Part shown: positions 46,056 to 57,247 of the stretch, piece after piece
Layout of the letters: each line of letters starts with the position of its first letter
How positions within the stretch are numbered: the first letter of the stretch is position 1
Assembly: GCA_963714775.1 (NCBI GenBank)
Contig: CAVQQN010000030.1
Location: 50,553 to 114,552, forward strand
From: an uncultured Ignavibacteriaceae bacterium
GTDB taxonomy: Bacteria > Bacteroidota > Ignavibacteria > Ignavibacteriales > Ignavibacteriaceae
Direction of reading: 5' to 3'
DNA: 64,000 nt
The notes under the pieces: model-generated
What the model was told of the DNA's origin: nothing
Databases searched by the model: none
The model's input: only the letters and a program-made list of their open reading frames with translations
Translations under genes and position numbers: made by a program

Positions 46056-46142
46056 GGAGAGGTGCAAGAGTGGCTGAATTGGCTACCCTGGAAAGGTAGT
46101 GTACTCGCAAGGGTACCGTGGGTTCGAATCCCACTCTCTCCG
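46056..46142 (+). tRNA. tRNA-Ser (anticodon GGA)
   Basis: The sequence is GGAGAGGTGCAAGAGTGGCTGAATTGGCTACCCTGGAAAGGTAG..long variable arm..GTGGGTTCGAATCCCACTCTCTCCG. The anticodon loop is CTGGAAA. Confidence 0.9.
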
Positions 46143-46154
46143 CTGGTAAAAAAT

Positions 46155-46197
46155 GGCTTGGAATGAGAACTAAAAACCTAGTTTTCAAGCCTTTTTC
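46155..46197 (+). terminator. Rho-independent terminator after tRNA-Ser(GGA)
   Basis: The stem is GGCTTGGAA...TTTCAAGCC (9 bp including one G-U, with an inner AACTA/TAGTT pairing). It is followed by TTTTTCTT. Confidence 0.55.
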
Positions 46198-46558
46198 TTA
46201 TTCTATACCCTACCAGACATTATCAAACACAACCAGTTTTTACCAAATGATGAAACTTTTATGCGAGTTCACCAAGAAATGAAGCGTAGGTGTTATAATG
46301 CTGCCTTAAAAGCAATAGAAGGAATTCCATTATTCCGTTTTGCTCACGAAAAATGTGTGCTTCGATTAAGTTTGAAATTATTTTCATATTGCAATTATAA
46401 TATTAATTCTTTAGGAATAACCAATATCGAACAAGGAATGATGAATAATGAAATTAAGAGTAAGAAATAAACTATTACTTCGATATTCAATATTCCTTGT
46501 CCATTATTCGATATTCTTGATTGCTCTAAATTCTACATTGTACATTCTAAATTATACA

Positions 46559-49500
46559 TTAAAAATAAGCTCTTGCTTCTGCTTTGGCTGTGTGAACAAT
46601 TTTATTAGTGCCTTGTACTCTTCCATCATAACTTATATTTGTCTGTAAAAATGAAGAAAGCTTGTAATCAAAATTTAAGCGCCAATAATAGTTTTTTCCA
46701 ACCTGGTTTCCATTTGTTAATTCATACGGAATAGTATTCTCTTTTGTGTTAGCAATCAATTCATTACGCTCTATTTCAATTCTTAGCCTTCCTGCTCCCA
46801 AAAACGACAGATTAAGTCTTATTAATTGCGAGTTTAAATCAATTACAGTCGGTATTTCAGGATACGTATCTTCGCTTCTTCCTGCTTTAATGCGGAACCC
46901 AACTTCAATATTTCTGTCTGGTCGATATGAAAATTCAGAGGTAACATTGTTGGAATTTATTTTCCTAATTCTATTTGAGTTTACAGGGGCATTAACATTA
47001 TCAATCTCATTTACAAAGTCTGTTTGGTTAGATATTTCCTTTATCATTTTGAATTTAATCCTTAAGCTTCTTTCACGATTATAGTATCTCTCAAAACCTG
47101 AACTGAATTCGTTAAGTGCAGTTCGTTGTGTAAATCTAAATCTTAATGAAAACTCCTGGTCGTTTTCAAAAAGAAAAAAATCCTGCTGAATATAATTAGA
47201 ACCGCGAATTGTTGTATTTTCATTCTGAAAAGTAGAAAGCTTAAGTAAATAAATATTTGCATAATTAGTTTGGCGGCTGTTTTCTTCAATGCGCCAATAT
47301 GTTTCAGAGGAAATCGGGTTTACAATTTTCCCAATCAATGATGATGCATCCACCAGTTCCGAAAAATTTATTTTCCACCTCGTACTTGTCTTCAAATCAA
47401 TAACAGGGAAAAGTTCATCTGTGGGCAAGGTAACCTGAATGTAATCGCCATCAAATGAAGTCGGATCAAATTCATTTTCATCAGCAATTCCATTGTTGTT
47501 TAGATCGCCAAGATAAATGTAATTGCCTGTCCCCTGCTCTACCCTCACAAAAACTTTTTGCAGTTTTGCAGATTTTTGAGTTGATACTTCATAATAAAAA
47601 TCGCCGTTTAATAATCGTTGCCAGAAAGTAAATTTTGTTCGGGAACGAATAAGAATAGTTTCGTTATCAAGAAAACCTTTTGCCCTAAAAAGTTCATCAT
47701 ATTTTTTGCTTCGGAAAGTTAAAACAAAATTTGTGTTTATTTCACGAATTCCCCCATAATTCATTTCCAGCGAGTATGTTTTTGATTTTGATTCCTTTAC
47801 CATAACTCCGCTTAAAGGTAGATAATCATCGCGCAGCCCAAATTTGGTTAATATCCTGAATCCGGATATTTCCATCAACTCGATGTATGGCGAATACTCC
47901 AAATATTTTAAGCTACCCGTAAGAAGAGAATCTTTTTGTGCACGCTTATCCTGTTTATCTTCTGCAAGAAATTCTAGACCGGGTTTTAGCTGCCAAAAAG
48001 TATAAAAAGCATTTCCTTTATGTCTTAACCAATTACTATTAAATGTTAAAGTACTTGATTTAACATAATCAAGATTATACTCAACATTAAAATTTTTAAT
48101 ATCTGTAAATCTTATAAGATTATTATATCTGTCGGAAGAGAAATCATTACCCTTTCTTAGAAAACCTGCTGTGCTGTTAATAGAAAATTCTGAAATAGGC
48201 TGAAGTGAAATTCCTATCTCACGTAAAGATTCATCTTCAATCTCAGTCTGGTTTGCAGAATTATAATTCCTGCTAAACTCAACTTCATCAAATCTATCGA
48301 GTGAAGTAAACTTACCTTGAATGAATCTATCACGGTATGTCAATCCTGCTTTACCCAAATCAAGCTCACCCACTAGTATTTGAGTTGGCGCAACTTTTAA
48401 AGAAATATTTCTGGCATAACCATAATTATCTCCATCTTCAAATGCAGATAATCTATTTTTATCCCACAAACTACCTGCATATTCTAAACTAAGGGTTACA
48501 TTTTCAAAAGGATTTACATCAACTACAACATTGCCCATTTGTTTTAATTGAGGAAGTGGAAGAAAAATGATTGGTAAATAACTACCATTACCAACACCAA
48601 CAAAATTATAATAGCCCAGGCTTTGTCTACTATAATCACCTTTGCCATCACCAACATAACTAAAACTAACAGTGTAAAGAGATAATGAATCTCCCGGATT
48701 ATAAACATAAAAAGAAAATCCAGCTCCGTTAATCAAAGTATCAACTTTAGTGTAGATACCTTTTACAATTCCGAGAGAATCAGGCTCGGCTAATTTAATA
48801 CCAGATTTTATTGCTTTATTTCTATCGTCTCCCGCAAGTGATAAGATATTTTTATCTTCTTCACTTAATGAAATATCTATCGGAGAATCCTGGTTATCAC
48901 CTTCACGCATATACTGAACTTTTAGCTGAAGTTTATCATTAAAAATTTTTGTCGAAGTACCGGCACCAAAAAAACTTCGGGTAAATTGTCTGTCTGTGTA
49001 TTCAAAATCAACACTAATTCTGCTTGCAGAAGTAATTAATTTATTTGGAGTAAAAGTTATTGTTGCGTTAGAATATTCTATTATATAATCTTTATTTTCA
49101 CCACGAACCATCTCAATTCCATCAAGAAAAACTTTTTCGGTACCGGCAATAGTAATAATATCCCGTTCATTATTAATACCGCTTAACCGATACGGTCCCT
49201 GAACTCCATCAGAACCATTAAAATTGTTACTGTTAAATTTTCCTCTTGAGTTTGCTATTGAGAGATAACCGTTAACATCGCCGTAAGAAAATTCACCCAT
49301 AAGTCCTTGCAGTTTTCTATCTATCACACCAAATTCTCCAAATCTCTGCTTAAGTTGGTAATCTCCAAATGTTCCGACAACATTCTTATGTTTCATCTGA
49401 ATAAATACTTTATCAAGTTCTTCAAGTCTTTCTGTATTTCCCTCAGGCTGGATTGGAGTATTTTCATCAGTAAGTGCTGCAACAATTTCAATATCTTCAG

Positions 49501-50033
49501 ATATTTTACCGGAAAGCTGTAAACGTAATCCGCTGCTAAGAGAAAAATCTTTTGTTGTTCCAACGGTAAATCCTCTAACTATTGTTCCGCTCTTTTGCAT
49601 TCCGGAACCAAATATGGCATCGGGAGATAAACCACTTGATGTTGATGTAAGAACACTAACTAGTATCGCCAAATCTTTCGTCATACTTAATTTCCAGATT
49701 TCTTCGTTTATATTCTTTTTTTAATGATAATTTAAGAGAACGGTAAGTGACAATAAGTGTGTCAAAAATTGAATATGGCAGTGAATCAGATAAAGTGAAA
49801 TATCCAAGAGAATATTTAATTGAATAATCTGATGAGTTAAGCTTTATATTCTTAAGAAAAATTGATTCGGAATTTGGGAGTATGTTTACTTGTGATATTG
49901 TGTATTGATTATGAAAATTAATTACCAATGTGTCAGTAATGAAAATGGAATTGTAATCGTTTTGTCCTCTGTTATCTGTAAACCAAAAACAAAGAATAAC
50001 GAAAATGATATTAAGATATTTAATTGATTTCAA
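46559..50033 (-). CDS. Large (~1158 aa) outer-membrane beta-barrel protein of unknown function; probably one gene with a frame break near 49670
   Basis: ORF 49656-50033 supplies the only signal peptide (MKSIKYLNIIFVILCFWF). The 1041-aa ORF 46559-49684 has none and overlaps it by 29 nt. The C-terminus ..AKAEARAYF ends in an aromatic residue. Long amphipathic beta-strand patterning is visible. Confidence 0.55.
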
Positions 50034-50464
50034 AAAGTAGTAGATTGTTTTTTGAAAACTAAATTAAGGCAAAGCTATTATCAAGACTATACTATTTATT
50101 TTACCAATATTTAATATTGTTCGGCATTTATTAGTAATATATTATCATACACACTCAATCACCATCTAATAACTGTTTCTGAATCCCATTAAATAAGAAA
50201 TATGAATAAATTGCTTTTACTATTGATAAACCTTTAAAACCACTTTTAATACTAATTACTCCTTATCTTATATTAATCGAGTAATTCTTCCAAAACCTTA
50301 ACTATCAAAATTTCAGGAAACTCATTATCAAGACTCAACTTTTGATAATATCTTTAAAATAATGTAGAATTCTAAGTAAGTATTGTTTATTTTTGGATTA
50401 ATAAATATTCTAATTAGATTAACTGCACTAAAGAAGTTAATTTTTTACAATCAATAAAGGGAAT

Positions 50465-52825
50465 ATGCAAAGTTCAAAAATTGATTTTTTAGGAAAATAT
50501 AATGAACTTATCATAACTGCGATAAATTCAGCAGCAGATTTTCCGGGTAAATTGTGTGATTTTATTGTTAAAGAATTTGAAGTAGAAGCAGCCTCTATAT
50601 TCAAATTAAATAATAGCAATAACCTTGAATTAATTGGTAAATCAATTACTGCAAAAAAATCTTTATCCGCTGATATACAAATATCCTGTCCTAACTGTAA
50701 AAACATAATCGATAAAAGTCAGGCAAATCAGTTCTTAACCCAATCCAATTGCTCATTTAACATTACAGACCACATCATTAGCGAAGGTTGCATTTTACTA
50801 AATGTTGCTGATGATCAATTTGCCTTAATAAAATTTGCAAAGAAATCAGCATTTTCAAAAAGTGAAATTGACAATATTGAATTAATAGGCGGGAGTATTA
50901 AGAACCTTTTAAAATTGTGGATTGGTAGTAAAGGTAATCTTAACAATTCTCTCAGTACAATAATTGCAAACATTGCACAAGAGTTAAGAACGCCTACTAA
51001 CAGCATAATGGGTTTTGCATCGTTATTAAATGAAGAAAATCTCTCACCATCTCAAACTGAATATGTTGGGACCCTGAAAGAAAATGCTTTTGAATTACTT
51101 TCTGTAATAAACGACTTGATTGATTTAAGTAAGCTGGAAAGTGGAATAACTAAAATTACTTTGACCTCTGTTAATTTTAAAGATTATTTAAATGAAATAG
51201 TCTCTTTATTCAGTTCAAAGATAGATAAATCAAGGATCGAATTTGTTACTGAAATCGATTCTGGAATTCCTGATAATATAAAAATTGATACTCAAAAAGT
51301 TAGATATATTTTACTCAACATTCTGAATAATTCAGTGCGATTAACTGAAAAAGGGAAAATTTCAGTTTCTGTTTCTGCACCCAACAGTAAAAAATTAGTA
51401 TTTAGAATTTCTGACACTAGCCCAGGTTTAAACGCAAAAAAGAGTACGGAGTTCTTTATGCCGTTCTCACTTAATGATCTTCAAACTTCTAAATTTGGAA
51501 ATCTTACCGGTTTAGGCTTAACCTTAACTAAAAAATATATTGAATATTTAAATGGTGATATTAGCATCTCAAGCGGAGTCGGTAAAGGAATAACTTATAC
51601 CTTTGCTGTTGTCGGGGAGATTTTAACTTCAGTGGAAGGTCAACTTGCAAGCTTACCAAAGCCAATCGGTACAAAAAATAAGGTACTTGTTGTTGAAGAT
51701 GATTATGCAACATCAAAACTTTTAAGCAATTATCTTTCAAAATGGGGATATGAACCAACAATCGTAAACTCTGCACAACAAGCGCTGAAGATTGTTGAGA
51801 GTCAGCAATTCCTTTCTGTAATAATGGATATAATTCTTCCTGATGCAAATGGATTTGAATTATTAAAACAATTCAGAGAAAATCCGCTTACCAAACATAT
51901 GCCGGTTATTGTTTGCTCTGTGGAAGCTGAACAGCAAAAAGCTTTTATGATGGGTGCAGTTGAGTATTTCGTAAAACCTATCAATTACAAATATCTTGTT
52001 GAGGTTTTAACAAGCTATAAACTTAAAAAGGATTCAAACATCCTTATTGTTGATGATGATGTTCCAACTTTAAATCTTATTAAGGAAGCTGTTGAACAGG
52101 CAGGATTTAATGCAATTGCTGAACATCAATCATCAAAAGTAATTGGAATGATTGAGAATATGAATCTTGATCTGGCAATAATTGATCTTGAAATGCCAGT
52201 AGTAAATGGATTTGATTTAATTAAAATGATTAAATCGAATAAAAGTTTTTCAAAATTACCTATCATAATTTATACTGGTAAAGAAACCTACCAGGATGAT
52301 CTTAAAAAGATTGATGGTTTGTTTGCAGATCTGCTGCATAAAAGCAGTACAAATATTGAAGACCTTGCTGAAACTGTAAATGCAATGATAAATCGTTTTG
52401 ATGAACCATCAACACCTGAAGAAGTTAAAGGATTTAAAGATTCAGTAAAAATTCTTTTAGTTGAAGACTATAAACATTCTCAGATAATTGTTACAAGACT
52501 TTTAAAGAAAAACAATTTTGAATCTATTGTTGTAGTTGAAAATGGTTTACAAGCATATGAACATGTTCAGGAGCAGCATTACGATTTAATTTTAATGGAT
52601 ATGCAAATGCCTGTTATGAATGGATTTGAGGCAACGCAAAAAATCCGTGAACTTGATGACTACAAAGAAACTCCAATTATTGCACTTACAGCTTTTGCAA
52701 TGAAAGGTGATCGTGAAAAATGTTTGGAAGCCGGCGCAACAGATTATATTCCAAAACCGATCGACAGCCAGGAGTTTATAGAAAAAGTAAAATACTATAC
52801 TGAGCATAGAGTTACCAGAGTTTAG
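50465..52825 (+). CDS. Hybrid sensor histidine kinase with three C-terminal receiver domains
   Basis: HisKA reads IAQELRTPTNSIMGFASLL. HATPase_c reads GLGLTLTKKYIEYLNGDISISSGVGKGITYTF. The REC domains begin KVLVVEDD.., NILIVDDD.. and KILLVEDY..DLILMDMQMPVMNG. Confidence 0.85.
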   Translation: MQSSKIDFLGKYNELIITAINSAADFPGKLCDFIVKEFEVEAASIFKLNNSNNLELIGKSITAKKSLSADIQISCPNCKNIIDKSQANQFLTQSNCSFNITDHIISEGCILLNVADDQFALIKFAKKSAFSKSEIDNIELIGGSIKNLLKLWIGSKGNLNNSLSTIIANIAQELRTPTNSIMGFASLLNEENLSPSQTEYVGTLKENAFELLSVINDLIDLSKLESGITKITLTSVNFKDYLNEIVSLFSSKIDKSRIEFVTEIDSGIPDNIKIDTQKVRYILLNILNNSVRLTEKGKISVSVSAPNSKKLVFRISDTSPGLNAKKSTEFFMPFSLNDLQTSKFGNLTGLGLTLTKKYIEYLNGDISISSGVGKGITYTFAVVGEILTSVEGQLASLPKPIGTKNKVLVVEDDYATSKLLSNYLSKWGYEPTIVNSAQQALKIVESQQFLSVIMDIILPDANGFELLKQFRENPLTKHMPVIVCSVEAEQQKAFMMGAVEYFVKPINYKYLVEVLTSYKLKKDSNILIVDDDVPTLNLIKEAVEQAGFNAIAEHQSSKVIGMIENMNLDLAIIDLEMPVVNGFDLIKMIKSNKSFSKLPIIIYTGKETYQDDLKKIDGLFADLLHKSSTNIEDLAETVNAMINRFDEPSTPEEVKGFKDSVKILLVEDYKHSQIIVTRLLKKNNFESIVVVENGLQAYEHVQEQHYDLILMDMQMPVMNGFEATQKIRELDDYKETPIIALTAFAMKGDREKCLEAGATDYIPKPIDSQEFIEKVKYYTEHRVTRV

Positions 52826-52911
52826 TATCTATACACTTCCCTTTCTCAATCAATCAGAAATGAAAATACATTTTTGTATTTTTATGCATTCATTTACAGG
52901 AATTTTAAAAA

Positions 52912-54393
52912 ATGATTAATGAAAAACCACGTGTTCGTTTTGCACCAAGTCCAACTGGTTATCTTCACGTTGGAGGATTACGAACTGCATTATATAATTA
53001 TCTTTTTGCAAAACATAATAACGGTACTTTTATTTTAAGAATTGAAGATACTGATCGGAACCGATATGTTGAAGGTGCTGTTGAAAATCTAATTAAAGCA
53101 CTAAAGTGGGCTGGGTTAGAATTTGATGAAGGACCTGAAACCTGCCTTCCCAACAAGCACGTTGTTGGAGATTATGGCCCGTACATGCAATCTCAACGAT
53201 TGGATATTTATAAAAAGTATGCTGATGAATTAATATTAAAAGGCAAAGCATATTATTGTTTTTGCACTCCGGAAAGACTACTTACCGTACGCGAGGAACA
53301 GGAAAAACAAAAACTTCCACAAACAAAATATGACAAACATTGTCTTCATCTTTCTAAAGAAGAAATTGAAAATAACTTAACTTCAGGAATTCCTAAAATT
53401 GTAAGATTAAATGTGGAATTAAATCAGACCATTAAGTTTGATGATATTATTCGTGAACACATTGAGTTTGAAAGCAACAATGTTGATGATCAGGTTTTAA
53501 TTAAAAGCGATGGTTATCCAACATATCATCTTGCAAATGTAGTCGATGATCATTTAATGAAAATAACTCATGTTATTCGTGGTGAGGAATGGCTTTCATC
53601 TACACCAAAACACGTTTTACTTTATGATGCTTTTGGCTGGGAAAGACCAGTATTTGCTCATCTTCCTTTATTGCTAAATCCTGATCGTTCCAAACTTAGC
53701 AAAAGACAGGGTGATGTAGCAGTTGAGGATTATCGAGATAAAGGATTTTTGAAAGAAGCACTTGTTAACTTTGTTGCTTTACTTGGATGGAATGCCGGTG
53801 ATGATAAAGAATTTTATTATATGGATGAACTGATTAATAATTTTTCACTTGAAAGAGTTAATAAAGCAGGGGCTGTATTTGATTTGCAAAAACTTAATTG
53901 GTTAAATGCAGAACATCTTCGTAAAAAGACAAACGAACAGTTATTATTATTGCTGAGAGATGAAATTCAAAAGTCAAAATTCAAAAATCAAAATTTTTCG
54001 GATAACTTTTTAATTTTACTTATAGACTCAATGAAAGAACGTGTTTCATTCGTAAAAGAGTTTATTGATACTTGCACTTATTTTTATGAAGCGCCAACAG
54101 TGTACGAACAAAAATCAGTTGAAAAAAACTGGAAACCTGAAACACCTGCTCATCTTAACAAATTAAAAGAAAAGTTTACCACATTAGATAATCCTACTAT
54201 AGAAGATTTTGAACTTACTCTTGCTAAAGTCTCTGAAGAATTAAATGTTGGAAAAGGGAAACTGATTCATCCATTAAGATTAGCGGTTTCAGGGCAAAGT
54301 ACCGGACCGGGAATGTTTGATTTACTATATATTCTTGGGAAGGATGAAGTTGTGAAGAGAATTGAAGCAGCGATCGATAAAATTAAATTTTAA
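52912..54393 (+). CDS. gltX: Glutamyl-tRNA synthetase
   Basis: Motifs include RVRFAPSPTGYLHVGGLRTALYNYLFA (HIGH), RIEDTD and KLSKRQG (KMSKS). The ORF is an intact 493 aa. Confidence 0.92.
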   Translation: MINEKPRVRFAPSPTGYLHVGGLRTALYNYLFAKHNNGTFILRIEDTDRNRYVEGAVENLIKALKWAGLEFDEGPETCLPNKHVVGDYGPYMQSQRLDIYKKYADELILKGKAYYCFCTPERLLTVREEQEKQKLPQTKYDKHCLHLSKEEIENNLTSGIPKIVRLNVELNQTIKFDDIIREHIEFESNNVDDQVLIKSDGYPTYHLANVVDDHLMKITHVIRGEEWLSSTPKHVLLYDAFGWERPVFAHLPLLLNPDRSKLSKRQGDVAVEDYRDKGFLKEALVNFVALLGWNAGDDKEFYYMDELINNFSLERVNKAGAVFDLQKLNWLNAEHLRKKTNEQLLLLLRDEIQKSKFKNQNFSDNFLILLIDSMKERVSFVKEFIDTCTYFYEAPTVYEQKSVEKNWKPETPAHLNKLKEKFTTLDNPTIEDFELTLAKVSEELNVGKGKLIHPLRLAVSGQSTGPGMFDLLYILGKDEVVKRIEAAIDKIKF

Positions 54394-54450
54394 TAAAAAG
54401 TTGCCTCACATCAACTCAAGCATTTTTACAGTCTTTAAATTCCCGGATTA

Positions 54451-56152
54451 TTATTTCTTTCCGCCAGTTCTAGCCCAGGTATCTTTTAAAGTAACTGTTC
54501 TATTAAATACTAACTTCTCTTTTGTGGTGAATTTAGTATCTACACAAAAATATCCCTGTCTTTCAAACTGAAAACGATTACCTGGTTTTGCTGATTTTAC
54601 AAATGGTTCTAGTTTAGCATTTGGAATAATCTCAAGTGATTTGGCATTAATAAGATCTTTATAATCTTTATCCTTTTCAGTTGCTGGGATCTTCTACTGT
54701 TAACAATCTATCATACAATCTAACTTCACAATCAACCGCATGCTTTGCAGAGACCCAATGAATTGTTCCTTTAACTTTTTTTGTACTTGTTCCAGTTCCG
54801 CTTTTTGTTTCGGGATCATAACTACAATTTAGTTGCACCACTTCCCCTTTTTTATTCTTAATGACCTCATCACATTTAATAATGTATGCATAACGTAACC
54901 TAACTTCACCACCAGGAATTAAACGATGGAATCCTTTTGGTGGATTTTCCATAAAATCATTTTTTTCAATATAAAATTCGTTTGTAAATGGAACTTTACG
55001 ATGACCCATTGCAGCATCTTCAGGATTATTCACTGCATCAAGTTCTTCTTCACCATTATAATTTGTGATTACAATTTTTAATGGATCAAGAACTGCCATT
55101 ACTCTTTGTGCTTGTTTGTTTAGATCTTCTCGTATAGCAAACTCGAGCAGAGCCAGGTCAGTCATTGCATCCCGTTTGGCAACTCCAACTATTTCGGCAA
55201 AATTCTGAATTGCTTCAGAAGTGTACCCTCTTCTTCTATAAGCTGAAATAGTGGGCATTCTGGGATCATCCCAGCCATCAACAATATTTTGTTCTACAAG
55301 TTCAAGAAGTTTGCGCTTGCTCATAACCGTGTAAGTTAAGTTCAATCTTGCAAATTCAATCTGCTGAGGATGATAAATTTCAAGTTCATTCAAAAACCAA
55401 TCATACAAAGGTCTATGTACTTCAAACTCAAGTGTGCAGATTGAATGTGTTATACCTTCTATCGAATCTTCGAGTCCGTGTGCCCAATCGTATGTAGGGT
55501 AAATACACCACTTATCTCCCGTCCGATGATGAGATGAATGAATTATTCTATACATAACCGGATCACGTAAAAGCATATTTGGAGAAGACATATCAATTTT
55601 TGCACGAAGAACTTTTTCTCCGTTTTTGAATTCACCTTTTTTCATCCTTTCAAATAACTCTAGGTTTTCATTTGTAGTTCGATTTCGATTGGGACTTTCT
55701 TTTCCCGCAAGATTAACAGTTCCACGTAAACCTCTCATCGTTTCAGGATCAGAGTCATCAACGTAAGCTTTGCCTTTTTTAATTAACTTAACAGCCCAAT
55801 CGTACATCTGATCAAAATAATCTGATGCGTAAAAAATCCGATCTTCAAAATCACCACCGAGCCATTTCACATCTTCAATTATTGAATCAACATATTCCTG
55901 CTCTTCTTTAGTCGGATTTGTATCATCAAAACGTAAATTAAATTTACCTTTGTAATCACGTGCAATTCCATAATTAAGGCAAATCGATTTTGCATGTCCG
56001 ATATGAAGATAACCATTTGGTTCCGGAGGAAATCTAGTATGTACTAATCCATTCCATTTATTGGTTTTCAAATCTTCATCAATTAATTCATAGATAAAGT
56101 TTTTTGATTTGTCTTTTAATGATTTGTTAGTATCTGATGTATTGTCTTCCAT
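54451..56152 (-). pseudogene. glnS: Glutaminyl-tRNA synthetase, one frame break near 54680
   Basis: The 491-aa piece 54677-56152 contains [24 protein letters not shown] and VMSKRKL. The missing tail ..KDYKDLINAKSLEIIPNAKLEPFVKSAKPGNRFQFERQGYFCVD..TWARTGGKK reads in another frame to the stop at 54451. Confidence 0.85.
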
Positions 56153-56271
56153 AATTCCAATATTAATTGTTTAATACAAAAATAAAGAAAGATGGATTAA
56201 AGCGTAAGTGTGCGTGCAGAATTAAATATGGCAGAAAAAAGCGATGTTAAAGACGAGATGAATAAATAGAG

Positions 56272-56481
56272 TTAAACTCGCCCGGAAACTTTATAAATAT
56301 TTAACATTTGTAAGAAATATTCAATTTTGTTCCTGTCTAAGAGATTTGGAATTCTTTTAACATTGGAATAAGCTTTTGTAATTCCAGTCAGTCTTCCGAA
56401 TTCATTTACCATTCTTTGGATGACCTTACCATCATCTTCGATGTCGTAATGTCCATCCTGACCGATATATGTTTTGCTCAT
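56272..56481 (-). CDS. Small hypothetical protein (69 aa)
   Basis: This is an ORF only, co-directional and immediately upstream of glnS. No family is recognised. Confidence 0.35.
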   Translation of the reverse strand: MSKTYIGQDGHYDIEDDGKVIQRMVNEFGRLTGITKAYSNVKRIPNLLDRNKIEYFLQMLNIYKVSGRV

Positions 56482-56497
56482 ATTTTTATTGTTTTAA

Positions 56498-56689
56498 TTA
56501 ATCAAAAATTATGTCTTTTGGTCTTTCAATTACTTCAATGTAAGATATTTCGGGAATATGATTTTCATCTAAAAGATCTTCAATCTCTTCCTCTGAATAA
56601 TCTTCAACATTATCCCAGTTACTAACAACCAAAAAAACACCAACATCCTTCTGATGTTTTTTGTTCTTTGTTTTGTAAGTCTTTTTCAT
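56498..56689 (-). CDS. Small hypothetical protein (63 aa; basic N-terminus, acidic C-terminus)
   Basis: This is an ORF only, 16 nt upstream of the 69-aa ORF. The sequence is MKKTYKTKNKKHQK...EDYSEEEIEDLLDE. Confidence 0.35.
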   Translation of the reverse strand: MKKTYKTKNKKHQKDVGVFLVVSNWDNVEDYSEEEIEDLLDENHIPEISYIEVIERPKDIIFD

Positions 56690-57247
56690 CTCAACTCCTT
56701 GTATTTTAATTGATGAGTTACAATCATTGTGCCAAAACTGGTGCTTAACATATTATCGGAAGAAAGTCTCAAATATTTATATCATATAGAGAGAATTCTT
56801 TTAATGATGCATAAAGTGGTTGGTTAGTACTACTAAGTTTTTTATCTTTTGAGTAGAAATTTTGTGTTTTTACCATATTGAAAGAACTTTTTATAATTAT
56901 GCTAATTATGAGACATTGAAAAGCATGACAATTGGATTATTAGGTAAAAGTAAGGTTAAAAATTTCATCTGAGTTGGGTTAGCAATAATTTATTGAAAAG
57001 ATAATCCAAGACTAATATTGAAATAATGATCATATCTAACCAAAATAACCTGATTAAATATTACTGAATATTTTTTCTTGGAGGCGCCGAGATAGATAAA
57101 AACATACGTTTAATTTCTAATCAGGAAAGAATTTCTAAAGAAGTTGTAATAATTGCCGAAATGGCTTAGACTAATTAAAATAATTTTACAAAGAAAAATA
57201 TTTTAAGTGAGGGATTTGGAAAAAGTTTCTAAAGGGATTTTAATTAT

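Noticed and set aside
45997-46648. ORFs 45997-46188 (-), 46261-46470 (+) and 46448-46648 (+)
   Set aside because: The first overlaps tRNA-Ser(GGA) antisense. The other two lie in an AT-rich spacer, or overlap the end of the OMP gene, with low-complexity products. All are judged spurious.
54670-54690. Programmed ribosomal frameshift or a naturally split GlnRS
   Set aside because: I saw no slippery heptamer or downstream structure. The break looks like the other sporadic 1-nt indels in the window (37.79, 38.33 and 43.32 kb). A sequencing error or a simple mutation is the more economical explanation.
57155-57165. An 11-nt copy (GCCGAAATGGC) of the 5' end of tRNA-Leu, about 90 nt upstream of the gene; a possible att-site scar
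   Set aside because: The match is short, and it duplicates the 5' end of the tRNA. Integrases normally regenerate the 3' end. No partner element is present. It could be chance in this context.
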